Assembly: GCA_025451775.1 (NCBI GenBank)
Contig: JANWJU010000131.1
Coordinates: 1,421 to 65,420, forward strand
Source of the DNA: Terriglobales bacterium
GTDB lineage: Bacteria; Acidobacteriota; Terriglobia; Terriglobales; SCQP01
Length of the DNA: 64,000 nt
Direction of reading: 5' to 3'
Position 1 is the stretch's first letter, and the number at the start of each line of letters is the position of its first letter. The notes below the pieces were generated by a model. It ran no database searches, was not told the DNA's origin, and was given only the letters and a program-made list of their open reading frames with translations. This document shows positions 39,166 through 48,702 of the stretch, one piece after another. The translations under genes and the position numbers were made by a program.

Positions 39166-39174
39166 TGCTATACT
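39166..39174 (+). promoter_or_regulatory. Candidate extended -10 promoter for infC
   Basis: TGCTATACT (TGn + TATACT) lies about 40 nt upstream of the proposed ATC start. TAGAAT at 39157-39162 is an alternative -10. Confidence 0.35.
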
Positions 39175-39214
39175 GACCTGGAGTCAGCTTCATCCAGACG
39201 TTCAGGAGAACCCT

Positions 39215-39799
39215 ATCCGAGACTATCGCCCGCGTCGCATTCCGGAACCGCGCACCCGCATCAACGAACGTATCCGTGCCCGTGAAGTGCGCGTCATCGA
39301 TGAGATGGGCACCCAACTGGGGATTCTAACCCCACAAGAAGCGCTGACTTTGGCGCGCCAGCGTACGCTGGATCTGGTCGAGGTGGCTCCCAGTGCCGAG
39401 CCCCCGGTTTGCCGCATCATGGATTTCGGCAAATACCAGTACCAGATGGAGAAAAAGGCCCGGGAAGCGCGGAAAAATCAGAAGAACATCGTCATTAAAG
39501 AGGTCAAGTTCCGGCCCAACACTGACGACCACGATTACGAGTTCAAGAAAAACAATGCCCTGCGTTTTCTCGAGGATGGCGACAAAGTCAAGGCGGTGGT
39601 CCAGTTCCGCGGCCGCGAGATCACGCACAAGGAGCGGGGCTTCCAGTTGCTGAACAAGCTCTTGAAGGAGATGGAGTCCCAAGCGCAGATCGAGTTCCGG
39701 CCGCGCATGGAGGGCAACGCGCTCACCGCCATTCTCGCCCCCAAGAAAACTGCCGTCGATGCCAAGGCTGTCGTCGCGCGCAAGACTTCCGTCAGCTAG
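39215..39799 (+). CDS. infC: Translation initiation factor IF-3, probable non-canonical ATC start
   Basis: ..[51 protein letters not shown].. is unmistakable IF-3. AGGAGA (39204-39209) sits 5 nt before ATC 39215. The only upstream in-frame canonical starts (GTG 39143, ATG 39161) lack an SD and lie in or next to the repeat. Confidence 0.9.
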   Translation: MRDYRPRRIPEPRTRINERIRAREVRVIDEMGTQLGILTPQEALTLARQRTLDLVEVAPSAEPPVCRIMDFGKYQYQMEKKAREARKNQKNIVIKEVKFRPNTDDHDYEFKKNNALRFLEDGDKVKAVVQFRGREITHKERGFQLLNKLLKEMESQAQIEFRPRMEGNALTAILAPKKTAVDAKAVVARKTSVS

Positions 39800-39830
39800 C
39801 AGCAACCTAGAAATTATCGGGTCCAGTAAC

Positions 39831-40025
39831 ATGCCGAAACTCAAAAGCCATCGTGGCGCCGCCAAGCGCTTCCATAAGACCGGGACCGGCAAGATCGTCC
39901 GCGGCCACTCCGGCTCCCGCCACATTCTGACCACCAAATCCCGCAAGCGTAAACGCAAGCTCGACCAGGATACGCTGATCAGCCCTGCCGATCAGCGCCG
40001 CGTCGGCCGCATGATCCCCTACTAG
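39831..40025 (+). CDS. rpmI: 50S ribosomal protein L35
   Basis: [34 protein letters not shown].. (64 aa). Confidence 0.96.
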   Translation: MPKLKSHRGAAKRFHKTGTGKIVRGHSGSRHILTTKSRKRKRKLDQDTLISPADQRRVGRMIPY

Positions 40026-40132
40026 GGGTCCCCTTGGGCCCTCGGCTGGGTTTCGGCCCGCCGGGGTGAGCTCACCGCCGCACTTGGCTCATCCTGCCAA
40101 GCCGGCGTTTTGTCAGAACGAAAGGACAACCA

Positions 40133-40513
40133 ATGCCCCGCGTCAAACGTGGTTCCAAGCGCAACGACAAGCGCAAAAAAATCCTTGGCCTCACCAAGGG
40201 CTTTTTCCTCACCAAAAGCAAGCTCTACCGCTCCGCCAAGGAAGCCAGCCAGCGCGCCCTCAAGTTCGCCTACAGCGGACGCAAGCAGCGCAAACGCCAG
40301 TTCCGCGAGCTGTGGATTATCCGCATCAGCGCCGCGGCGCGCCTCAACGGCGTCACCTATAGCCAGTTCATTCATGGTTTGACGCTGGCGGGCGTCGCGC
40401 TCGATCGCAAGGTACTCGCCGATATCGCCGTCCAGGATCCGGCCGGCTTCGCCCAGTTGGTCGAGCAGGCGAAAGACGCCCAGGCCAAGGCCGCGCTGCC
40501 GGTCTCGGCGTGA
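40133..40513 (+). CDS. rplT: 50S ribosomal protein L20
   Basis: [41 protein letters not shown].. (126 aa). Confidence 0.97.
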   Translation: MPRVKRGSKRNDKRKKILGLTKGFFLTKSKLYRSAKEASQRALKFAYSGRKQRKRQFRELWIIRISAAARLNGVTYSQFIHGLTLAGVALDRKVLADIAVQDPAGFAQLVEQAKDAQAKAALPVSA

Positions 40514-41607
40514 ACCCGGCGCCAGAGGCTGCGCTAGCCGCCGCCGTCCAACTCGCCTCCCAGCCCTGGAGCGCCGTCGCAGTCCGCCTCCCAGCGGGCG
40601 CCGACCTGTACGCGGATCCAGCCATCGGCCAGGTCTTTCTGCAGGCCTTGGCCGCGTCAAGCCGCGAAGTCTGGTTGGGGCGCAAGCTTGGCCTGCTGAC
40701 GCTGCTCAACGACAACTGGCTCAAACCCGCTCCGCGGGAGTGGAAAAAATCAGTAGGGGCGTTCCTCAATCAGCTCAAACGCGCCGCCGAGGCCCACTTC
40801 GACGCGCTCGAACAGCGCCAAACCGCTGCCGCCGTCGCCGCCAGACTGGCCAGCGAGCGCGTCGATGTCACCCTGCCCGGCCTGCCCACCGGCGCCGCCG
40901 GCCGGCATCCGGTGCTGCGCGTGCGCGACGAGATCGTCGATATCTTCCTCCGCCTCGGCTACACCGTCGCCGACGGTCCCGAAATCGAGACCACCTACTA
41001 CAACTTCGAAGCGCTCAACATCCCTGAAGGCCACCCCGCGCGCGAGGAGCAGGACACCCTCTATCTCGGCGGCAACCTCCTGCTGCGCACCCACACCTCG
41101 CCGGTGCAGATCCGCACCATGGAGCGGCAAGCGCCGCCGCTGCGCGTCCTTGTGCCCGGCAAAGTCTACCGCCGCGATGCCCCCGACGCCACCCACTCGC
41201 CCAACTTCCATCAAATCGAGGGCTTGGCGGTCGATTCCAACCTGCACTTCGGCGACCTGCGCGGCACGCTCGATCACTTCGCCCGCCAGTTCTTCGGCTC
41301 CGCCGTCCGCACCCGCCTGCGCCCATCGTACTTCCAGTTCACCGAGCCCAGCGCCGAACTCGACGTCAGTTGCATCTTCTGCGACGGCGCCGGCTGCCGC
41401 ACCTGCAAGCACAGCGGCTGGATCGAGGTCCTGGGCTGCGGCATGGTCGACCCAGCCGTGTTCGGCTTCGTCGGCTTTGACCCCGAAGCCGTCACCGGCT
41501 TCGCCTTCGGCATGGGCGTCGAGCGCCTGGCCATGATCCGGTACGAGGTGGACGATATCCAGCGCTTCTACTCCGGCGACATCCGCTTTCTGGAGCAGTT
41601 CCGGTGA
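40510..41607 (+). CDS. pheS: Phenylalanine--tRNA ligase alpha subunit
   Basis: GTG start overlapping the rplT stop (GTGA). Class II motifs ..[12 protein letters not shown].., ..[11 protein letters not shown].. and ..[13 protein letters not shown]... Confidence 0.96.
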   Translation: MNPAPEAALAAAVQLASQPWSAVAVRLPAGADLYADPAIGQVFLQALAASSREVWLGRKLGLLTLLNDNWLKPAPREWKKSVGAFLNQLKRAAEAHFDALEQRQTAAAVAARLASERVDVTLPGLPTGAAGRHPVLRVRDEIVDIFLRLGYTVADGPEIETTYYNFEALNIPEGHPAREEQDTLYLGGNLLLRTHTSPVQIRTMERQAPPLRVLVPGKVYRRDAPDATHSPNFHQIEGLAVDSNLHFGDLRGTLDHFARQFFGSAVRTRLRPSYFQFTEPSAELDVSCIFCDGAGCRTCKHSGWIEVLGCGMVDPAVFGFVGFDPEAVTGFAFGMGVERLAMIRYEVDDIQRFYSGDIRFLEQFR

Positions 41608-41626
41608 CCCGCTCCCCGACCCAACA

Positions 41627-43624
41627 ATGAAAGTCTCCCTGCAATGGCTGCGGCAATTCGTGCCCATCACGCTGGAGCCGCCGGCGCTGGCCGAAGCCCT
41701 CTCCCTCGCCGGCTGCGCCGTCGAACGCACCGTCCGTGGCGACGGCGATTGGCTGTTTGAGCTCGAACTCACCAGCAACCGTCCCGACTGCCTCAGCCAC
41801 TATGGCGTGGCGCGCGAGATCGCCGCCATTACCGGCGCGCCGCTGGCGCCGATCGATCATGCAATCGAGGCTCCGGGACTGCCAACCGGGCCCGCGCTCG
41901 GCGTCCGCGTCGAAATCGATGCCCCCGCGGCCTGTGGACGCTACTGCCTGCTCGTACTCGAGGACGTCACCGTGGCCGCCTCTCCCGCCGCCATCGCCGC
42001 CCGCCTCAACCAGCTCGGCCATCGCGCCATCAACAACATCGCCGACCTCACCAACTTTACCCTGTGGGAGATGGGCCATCCCACCCACGCCTTCGACGCC
42101 GACCGGCTGCGCGGCGGCCTGCTCCGGGTGCGCTGGGCCCAGGCAGGTGAAACCCTGGTGACGCTCGATGAGGTCGAGCGCCAGCTTCACCCCGGCGACC
42201 TCATCATCGCCGACGCGGAGCGTCCGGTGGCGCTCGCGGGTGTCATGGGGGGACTGGAAACCGCCATCGGCCCCACCACCCGCCGCGTCGCACTCGAAGC
42301 CGCCTGGTTCGATCCGCTCACCGTGCGCCGCACCGCCCGCCGCCACGGCCTCCACACCGACGCCAGCCACCGCTTTGAACGCGGCGCCGACCCCGAAGCC
42401 CCACCCCTCGCCGCCCGCCTCATCGCGCAACGCGCTCAAGCCTATGGCGCCCGCCTGGCCGGCGGCCTCTCCGACGTTCGCGGCGAATTGCCGGATTCCC
42501 CCACCATCCCCCTGCGCCCCGCCACGCTGCACCGCATCCTGGGCGAGGCCATCGCCTCAAACGAGTCCGCACGCATCCTCGGCAGCTTGGGCTGCACGCC
42601 CGGCGCGAACGCCAACACTTGGCGGGCCCCCTCCTGGCGCCCCGACCTCAGCCGCGAAATCGATCTCGTCGAGGAGATTGCCCGCCTGCACGGCTACGCC
42701 AACTTCCCGGCACGCCTCCCTGCCTTCCAAGGCGCGGCCCAGCCACTCCCCGAAGCTGCACTGCGCGATCGCATCCGCCAGCAGTTGCGTGGCCGCGGTT
42801 TCGCCGAAGCCGTTACCATCAGCTTCGCCGACGCCGGCGAGTGCCGCGCCTTTGCCCCAGGCGCCGTTCCCGTGCAGGTCCTGAACCCGCTCAGCGAGGA
42901 GGCGGCCATCCTGCGCACATCGAGCCTGCCGCCGATGCTGCACTTGTTGAGGAACAACCTCAACCACCAAGCTGTCTCGCCCAAGCTCTTCGAGATCGGC
43001 AAACTCTACCAGCTCGAGGCGGATGCACCGCGGGAGAGCGCCGTGCTCAGCCTGGGCGCCAGCGCCGCCGAGATCGATTTTGCCGCCTTCAAAGGCGAGG
43101 TCGAGGCAGTGCTGGATTTATTCGACCTGATCGCCGCGCCCAGGCTGGAGTTCAAGCCCTCCGCGTTACCGTTCCTGCACCCAGGCCGGAGCGCGGTGTG
43201 TGCGCCGTTTGCGTTCTTTGGTCAGCTCCACCCTGAGACGGCCGCGGCGTGGAAGCTGCCGCCGGAAACCTGGGTCGCCGAAATCCAGCTTCAGCGCCTG
43301 TATCCCCTGGGCACACGGACAATTCGCTACCGCCCACCCTCCCGGTTTCCGGCCAGCGAACGCGATTTCTCCTTCATCTTCGCCGACACCGTCACTTGGG
43401 CCGACGTGCAAGCCGCCATCGGCCAAGCTCCCGCGATTCCGGCACTGACCAAAATCGCGCCTGCCGAAATCTTTCGCGGTGAGCACGTCGGTGCGGGACG
43501 CTACAGCCTCCTCGTCCGCGCCCGTTTCCAGCTTGACGGCCGCACCCTCCGCGACGAGGAAGTCCAAGCCGGAGCCGACGAGATCGTGCGCCGCCTCCAC
43601 GCCCTTGGCGGACAGCAGCGTTAA
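41627..43624 (+). CDS. pheT: Phenylalanine--tRNA ligase beta subunit (short form, 665 aa)
   Basis: The B1 start MKVSLQWLRQF.. runs directly into ..ELELTSNRPDCLSHYGVAREIA.. (B3/4). B5, a core domain and a C-terminal FDX-ACB domain are present. The OB-fold tRNA-binding domain seen in E. coli PheT appears absent. Confidence 0.95.
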   Translation: MKVSLQWLRQFVPITLEPPALAEALSLAGCAVERTVRGDGDWLFELELTSNRPDCLSHYGVAREIAAITGAPLAPIDHAIEAPGLPTGPALGVRVEIDAPAACGRYCLLVLEDVTVAASPAAIAARLNQLGHRAINNIADLTNFTLWEMGHPTHAFDADRLRGGLLRVRWAQAGETLVTLDEVERQLHPGDLIIADAERPVALAGVMGGLETAIGPTTRRVALEAAWFDPLTVRRTARRHGLHTDASHRFERGADPEAPPLAARLIAQRAQAYGARLAGGLSDVRGELPDSPTIPLRPATLHRILGEAIASNESARILGSLGCTPGANANTWRAPSWRPDLSREIDLVEEIARLHGYANFPARLPAFQGAAQPLPEAALRDRIRQQLRGRGFAEAVTISFADAGECRAFAPGAVPVQVLNPLSEEAAILRTSSLPPMLHLLRNNLNHQAVSPKLFEIGKLYQLEADAPRESAVLSLGASAAEIDFAAFKGEVEAVLDLFDLIAAPRLEFKPSALPFLHPGRSAVCAPFAFFGQLHPETAAAWKLPPETWVAEIQLQRLYPLGTRTIRYRPPSRFPASERDFSFIFADTVTWADVQAAIGQAPAIPALTKIAPAEIFRGEHVGAGRYSLLVRARFQLDGRTLRDEEVQAGADEIVRRLHALGGQQR

Positions 43625-43633
43625 AGCCGCCAC

Positions 43634-44053
43634 CTACGACGCCAGCTTGTGCTTCACCCACTCCGCATCGGCGCGCAGATGCCGCTTGGTGTGCTCAAAG
43701 CTGAGCAGCCCTCCCTGCAGCGCATGGGCCAGAGTGACGAGCAGCAGCAGTGCGATCACTCCATACCCCACGCCCACGATGAGCAACGCCCAGCGCCAAC
43801 TGTCCAGCCCGTACGCGATCGCCCCGATCAGCGCTCCGCTCAAAAACGCGAAGCTGAACAACCCCAACAGCGCCGCCGCGCCGCCCATCGCGGCCAAATA
43901 CCGCATCGAGCGGGACTTCTCCCCCACCTCGATGAGGAACATCCGCATCAGGTCCCGGACGTAGCCGGCGATCTCCTGCATCAACTCGCGCAGCATGTCG
44001 ATGGTGCTGGTCGAGGTACTGGCAGGGTTGTCTGGCATCCTGGCTTCCGTCAT
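43634..44053 (-). CDS. Holin-X / phage-holin-family-like small membrane protein
   Basis: 139 aa with two long hydrophobic helices flanked by charged termini (..RYLAAMGGAAALLGLFSFAFLSGALIGAIAYG..WRWALLIVGVGYGVIALLLLV..). Confidence 0.6.
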   Translation of the reverse strand: MTEARMPDNPASTSTSTIDMLRELMQEIAGYVRDLMRMFLIEVGEKSRSMRYLAAMGGAAALLGLFSFAFLSGALIGAIAYGLDSWRWALLIVGVGYGVIALLLLVTLAHALQGGLLSFEHTKRHLRADAEWVKHKLAS

Positions 44054-44076
44054 CGCTGCGGCCTCTGATAGTTTCT

Positions 44077-44379
44077 TTAACCCCGATGCCCGCTACCCGC
44101 CGCTTGTTGCAACCGCCCTGCGTTCAGCTCCGCCGCCCCACCGCCGCGCGGACGCAACGGCGCCCACCTCGCCCCGTTCACTCGAGCCAGCGACGGCTCG
44201 GTCGGCGGATACGGGTTCGGCATCGCCATCCACTCCGGCGGGACATGAGCAGCGAGGTAGGCGGCGAGGAGTTGCGCTTTCCAGCACCGCTGCCGGGCCA
44301 TGCGAGCGTCCGCCATCTTGAACCCCAACGATTGGATATAGGCGATCAGCGCCGTCACCTGCTGGTGGCTCGGCGCCAT
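44077..44379 (-). CDS. Small ORF, possible remnant of a c-type cytochrome gene
   Basis: Third-position GC is high in this frame. It begins MAPSHQQVTALIAYIQSLG (resembling the C-terminal helix of cytochrome c domains), then ..VPPEWMAMPNPYPPTEPSLAR.. (resembling the start of another). No CxxCH motif is present in any frame. Confidence 0.3.
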   Translation of the reverse strand: MAPSHQQVTALIAYIQSLGFKMADARMARQRCWKAQLLAAYLAAHVPPEWMAMPNPYPPTEPSLARVNGARWAPLRPRGGGAAELNAGRLQQAAGSGHRG

Positions 44380-44548
44380 GCCAGATACCGCCGGCGCACG
44401 AGCGGGGCGAAGGGGCCCCCGCGACGCGCCGGCGGCCAAGCGGGCGGCGAAGGAGCCGGCCCCCCCGCCGGCGCACGAGCGGGGCGAAGGGGCCCCCGCG
44501 ACGCGCCGGCGGGTGAGCGGGCGGCGAAGCCGGGTGCCCGCGTTAAAA
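44380..44548. repeat. Tandem pair (77-bp period) of the same palindromic repeat family, locus B
   Basis: Core hairpins CCGGCGCACGAGCGGGGCGAAGGGGCCCCCGCGACGCGCCGG lie at 44391-44432 and 44468-44509. The tail ..AGCGGGCGGCGAAGCCGGGTGCCCGCGTTAAAAT is nearly identical to that of locus A. Confidence 0.85.
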
Positions 44549-45255
44549 TGATCGTCACCATGCAACCGGCCGTGCACCGCCAACACAACAAGGGTTACTA
44601 CCGCGTCCTGCACGTCCCCATTTGGATTTGGGTCTTTTTCACCCTGCCGGGCGGGCTCACCGCCGAGCTCTACTACCACGGCTTCAATCGCCGCCATGCG
44701 ATCTGGCTGGCGCTGGTCGCCGCCGTCTGCATCTGGCGCGGCGCCCGCGGACGGCTCCCCGGCGCCGAGCCCCGTCCCTACATCACCCATTACGGCCTGA
44801 CCTGGCCCAACCTCGGCTACCGCGTCGCCTGCTACACCGCCGCCTGGATTGCGATCGTCGTGCCCTGGACGCTCAACGTCCTGGGCCTCGCCTACGCCAC
44901 CGCCGGCGGCCCCTGGATCCTGGAACGCCTCTATGGATGGCCTTACGACCTCTGCGCCCTCGCCGTCGTGGTCGTGGCCGCCGCCGACCGCCTGCCCCGC
45001 ACCCACCGCACCATCTACGGCGAGGGGGCCGAGCGCGCCTGGTTCTACGTCGGCGTTTGGACGGCGATCCTCTCCCAGCTCGCGGGCTGGGCCGTCTGGC
45101 GCCTCACCCCGCACGCCTCCGCCGCCCAGCGTCTGGGCACATTCCTAGCGGTCAGCGCCATCGTCTTCGCCCTGGGGTTCGCGGGCCGTCTGCCGCGCAC
45201 GCGCCGCTACTACGTTCAGCCCGGCGGCGACCTGCAAGCGGCCGCGGGAGAATAG
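44548..45255 (+). CDS. Integral membrane protein, function unknown
   Basis: ATG 44548 (alternative ATG 44560), about 6 hydrophobic segments. The track ORF upstream extension runs through the repeat element and is rejected. Confidence 0.6.
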   Translation: MIVTMQPAVHRQHNKGYYRVLHVPIWIWVFFTLPGGLTAELYYHGFNRRHAIWLALVAAVCIWRGARGRLPGAEPRPYITHYGLTWPNLGYRVACYTAAWIAIVVPWTLNVLGLAYATAGGPWILERLYGWPYDLCALAVVVVAAADRLPRTHRTIYGEGAERAWFYVGVWTAILSQLAGWAVWRLTPHASAAQRLGTFLAVSAIVFALGFAGRLPRTRRYYVQPGGDLQAAAGE

Positions 45256-45259
45256 AACT

Positions 45260-46342
45260 ATGCCCGCGATCGAAAGTACCCACCTGTTCACGCCGCTCAC
45301 GCTGCGCAGCCTCGAGCTGCGCAACCGCATCGTCGTTTCGCCGATGTGCCAGTACTCCTCCCCCGGCGGCTTCGCCACCGATTGGCATTTCGTGCATCTC
45401 GGCAGCCGCGCCGTGGGCGGCGCCGCCGTGGTCTTCACCGAAGCCACCGCCATCACCCAAGAAGGCCGCATCAGCCCCGGCGACCTCGGCCTCTGGAGCG
45501 ACGACCACATCCCCCCGCTCGCCCGCATCACGAGCTTCATCCGCGCCCACGGCGCCCTCGCCGGCATCCAGCTCGCCCACGCCGGCCGCAAGGCCGCCAC
45601 CGCCGCGCCCTGGATAGGAACACCGGGTGGCAAACCACTTCCTGAAGCCGAACGCTGGCCCATCGTCGCCCCCAGCCCCATCGCCTACAGCAGCGATCAC
45701 CAGATCCCGCACGCGCTCTCACTCGCCGAAATCCGCGGCGTCATCGACGCCTTCACCGCCGCCGCCCGCCGCGCCCGCCAAGCCGGATTCCAAATCCTCG
45801 AGCTGCACGCCGCCCACGGCTACCTCATCCACCAGTTCCTGTCACCCGTCAGCAACCACCGCACCGACCAATATGGAGGCAGCCTCGACAACCGTTGCCG
45901 CCTGCTCTGCGAGGTCGTCGAGGCGGTGCGCGCCATTTGGGATAGCGAGCTCCCCCTCTGGGTCCGCATCTCCGCATCGGACTGGACAGAAGGTGGCTGG
46001 ACGATTGACGACTCCGTCGCCCTCGCCCGCCGTCTAGGGCCTTTGGGCGTGGACGTGATCGATTGCAGCTCCGGCGGCAACGTTGCAACCGCCCAAGTCC
46101 CCGTCGGCCCCGGCTACCAAACCCCCTTCGCCGAACGCATCCGCCGCGACACCTCGATCCTCACCGCCGCCGTCGGCATGATCACCTCACCCGAGCAAGC
46201 CGACCACATCATCCGCACCGGCCAAGCCGACCTCGTCGTCCTCGCCCGCGAAATGCTCCGCCACCCCTACTGGCCCCTCGCCGCGGCCGGCCGGCTATGC
46301 CACCCCGCCCCCTGGCCCAACCAGTACCTCCGCGCCAAATAA
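45260..46342 (+). CDS. NADH:flavin oxidoreductase / NADPH dehydrogenase (Old Yellow Enzyme, NamA/YqjM-like)
   Basis: ..LRNRIVVSPMCQYSS..DWHFVHLGSRAVGG.. and ..ELHAAHGYLIHQFLSP..NHRTDQYGGSL... Confidence 0.92.
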   Translation: MPAIESTHLFTPLTLRSLELRNRIVVSPMCQYSSPGGFATDWHFVHLGSRAVGGAAVVFTEATAITQEGRISPGDLGLWSDDHIPPLARITSFIRAHGALAGIQLAHAGRKAATAAPWIGTPGGKPLPEAERWPIVAPSPIAYSSDHQIPHALSLAEIRGVIDAFTAAARRARQAGFQILELHAAHGYLIHQFLSPVSNHRTDQYGGSLDNRCRLLCEVVEAVRAIWDSELPLWVRISASDWTEGGWTIDDSVALARRLGPLGVDVIDCSSGGNVATAQVPVGPGYQTPFAERIRRDTSILTAAVGMITSPEQADHIIRTGQADLVVLAREMLRHPYWPLAAAGRLCHPAPWPNQYLRAK

Positions 46343-46615
46343 CGATTCGAACGACGCCCCCACCCCAGCCGGCCGCCCTGCGTAGCCTTGGCGAAGCAGG
46401 CCCTCTCGCCACGACCACAACTAGTCGGCAGTTGCAGCAGTACCAGCGCCAGGGTCAACCGCCGTACCCGGGCTTCGTCCAACTGAATCGGGCGTCCGAC
46501 TTCCCGGCGTCCGGCGTGACGATGTCGCCAGCGCCCCCGCGCGGTAGACTGAAGCTGTGATTCTTGAACGGCGCGCAGCCAAGGCGAGGGCTGCTCTCCA
46601 AACGGGAGGTGCGAT

Positions 46616-47395
46616 ATGGCGGACGGTTTTATCTGGTATGAACTCATGACCCATGACGTCGACAAGGCCGCCACTTTCTACAAGAAGGTGGCCGAATGGG
46701 ACATCAAGGACGCCGGCATGCCCGGTATCCGCTACATGATTTTCGGAAAAGACGGCAAGGACGTCGGCGGCATCATGTCGTGGGCGGAAGCTGGTGTGCC
46801 CGGGATGCCTTCCGAGTGGGTGGGGCACATCCACACAGCGAAGCTTGATAAAGAATTGAAAGCTGTGACCGCCGATGGCGGCGCCGTGATCCAGCCCGCG
46901 CAGAACATCCCCGGCGTGGGACGTTTCGCCGTTGTGCTCGACCCGCAAAAGGCGAAGTACCTGCTCTTTGAACCGGAGCGAAACGACACTCCGCCGCGTC
47001 TCGATCAGATGGCGGTGGGCAACGTGGGCTGGCATGAGCTGCTCACCGATGATCCAGCCCGAGCCTTCGATTATTACTCCGGGCACTACGGCTGGGAAAA
47101 GGATTATGCGCATGACATGGGAACCATGGGCACCTACCAAACGTTCCGGACCGACAAGCCCAGCTATACCGGAGGAATGATGGCTCGCAAGGGCCCGGGT
47201 ATGCCCGAAGGTATTCCGCCGCACTGGCAGTACTACATCACGGTCGGCGATATCGAAGCCGCACAGAAACGTGTGATCGAGGCCGGCGGTACAGTGCTTC
47301 TGCCTCCCATGGATGTACCCGGGGGCTCGCGCATTCTGCAGGCGCAGGATGACCAGGGCGGCCACTTTGCGCTGATGCAGGGGCCGAAGTCGTAA
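46616..47395 (+). CDS. VOC (glyoxalase/bleomycin-resistance fold) family protein, two-domain
   Basis: 259 aa with duplicated ..WYEL/WHELLT..GG.. modules typical of tandem VOC domains. Confidence 0.8.
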   Translation: MADGFIWYELMTHDVDKAATFYKKVAEWDIKDAGMPGIRYMIFGKDGKDVGGIMSWAEAGVPGMPSEWVGHIHTAKLDKELKAVTADGGAVIQPAQNIPGVGRFAVVLDPQKAKYLLFEPERNDTPPRLDQMAVGNVGWHELLTDDPARAFDYYSGHYGWEKDYAHDMGTMGTYQTFRTDKPSYTGGMMARKGPGMPEGIPPHWQYYITVGDIEAAQKRVIEAGGTVLLPPMDVPGGSRILQAQDDQGGHFALMQGPKS

Positions 47396-47521
47396 CCGCA
47401 GCGTAGGTCATGGATGGGCGCGGCGGTTCTACACCCGGAAGAAGCCGCACTGGGCCGGGCAGCACTCATTGCCGCACCCGCAACCGGCACGCCCTTTCCG
47501 GGCCCGCGTCGGGCGTCTCAC

Positions 47522-48631
47522 TCACGCCACCGGGTCCAGCACCAACTGCCACACCTGCATCCGCCGCGCGCGGAAGCCGGCGGCCGAGGCCAGCAGGTAG
47601 TACTGCCACATGCGGCAAAAGGCCAGACCGTACTTCCGCTGCCACTCCTCCCAGCGTCCGGCAAAGTTCGCGTGCCAGGCCATCAGCGTGCGGTCGTAAT
47701 CCGGGCCCCAGTCGCGCCACTCCAGCGGCAGGAAGTGGTCCTCCATCGCGGTGCCGAGCTGCTGGATCGAGGGTAGGTGCGAGTTGGGGAAGATGTACTT
47801 CTCGATCCAGGGGTCGGTGGCATGGACGGTGCGGTTCGAGCCAATCGTTGAGAGGTACATCCGCCCATCGGGCCGGAGCACCCGGCGCGCGACTTCGAAA
47901 AACGCGCGGTAGTTCTTGTACCCCACGTGCTCGAACATGCCCAGCGACACCACCCGGTCAAACCGTGCGTTCGCCTGGACCTCGCGGTAATCCTGCAGCT
48001 TGAGCTCGACCGGTAACCCGGCGCAGCGCTGCTCACCGAGTGCCCGCTGCTCCTGCGACAGCGTGATGCCATACACCTGCGCCCCGTACTTCTCGGCGGC
48101 GAACTGGGCAAAGCTTCCCCAGCCGCAACCAATATCCAGCACGCGCATGCCGGGCGCCAACTCCAGCTTGCGGCAGACCCAATCGAGTTTCGCCTCCTCG
48201 GCGGCATCCAGCGTGGCGGCCGCGCGCCAGTAGCCGGTGGTGTAAACCATCCGCCGCCCCAGCATCGCCTCGAAGATATCGTTGCCGGCATCGTAATGCC
48301 GCCGCGCCACCGCACTCGACCGCTTCCGGCTCTGGCGGTTGAACAGCGTGGCCCGCAGCCACAACCCGGCCGCCGCCCAGCTCCGCGCCGCTACCCGGTC
48401 CAGCCCCGCGCTCATGACCCGGTCGAAAAACTGGTCCAGGTGCGCACACTCCCACCATCCGTCCATATAGGATTCGCCCAACCCCAGCGAACCATCCCGC
48501 AGCACGCGTCCGTAAAATTTGGGGTTGCGGACAGTGATGTCCCAGGGCCGGCGCCCGTGAATGTCCACTCCGGCCCGCTCCAGCAGATGCCGTGCCCGGG
48601 TTTCCAGCGGATGCCCCATAACTGCGCCCAT
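47522..48631 (-). CDS. cfa: Cyclopropane-fatty-acyl-phospholipid synthase
   Basis: ..LGLGESYMDGWW.., SAM motif VLDIGCGWG and ..VSLGMFEHVG... Confidence 0.92.
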   Translation of the reverse strand: MGAVMGHPLETRARHLLERAGVDIHGRRPWDITVRNPKFYGRVLRDGSLGLGESYMDGWWECAHLDQFFDRVMSAGLDRVAARSWAAAGLWLRATLFNRQSRKRSSAVARRHYDAGNDIFEAMLGRRMVYTTGYWRAAATLDAAEEAKLDWVCRKLELAPGMRVLDIGCGWGSFAQFAAEKYGAQVYGITLSQEQRALGEQRCAGLPVELKLQDYREVQANARFDRVVSLGMFEHVGYKNYRAFFEVARRVLRPDGRMYLSTIGSNRTVHATDPWIEKYIFPNSHLPSIQQLGTAMEDHFLPLEWRDWGPDYDRTLMAWHANFAGRWEEWQRKYGLAFCRMWQYYLLASAAGFRARRMQVWQLVLDPVA

Positions 48632-48662
48632 TCTACCTTAGGCGCGGCGGCGGCAGCGGTGG

Positions 48663-48692
48663 TTGCTTTGCGCCCTTGTTCCGCCCTATACT
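48663..48692 (+). promoter_or_regulatory. Candidate sigma70-type promoter of the cys leader
   Basis: TTGCTT (48663-48668), an 18-nt spacer, then TATACT (48687-48692). The -10 ends 10 nt before the leader ATG, implying a very short or absent 5' UTR. Confidence 0.4.
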
Positions 48693-48702
48693 AAAGGCGT
48701 TC

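Noticed and set aside
39143-39214. Upstream extension of infC to GTG 39143 or ATG 39161 (track ORF of 218 aa)
   Set aside because: The extension starts inside the repeat element, has no Shine-Dalgarno sequence, overlaps the best -10 candidates, and adds residues not found in IF-3 N-termini that I know.
44086-44547. Upstream extension of the membrane protein ORF (389 aa)
   Set aside because: The extension reads through the palindromic repeats and the antisense of the small ORF. Its product is low-complexity and Arg/Pro-rich.
46343-46615. 273-nt gap between the OYE and VOC genes, examined for a small gene, riboswitch or sRNA
   Set aside because: There are only weak hairpins and a short direct repeat (GGCGTCCG x2). 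No frame shows convincing coding bias or a recognisable motif, so no call was made.
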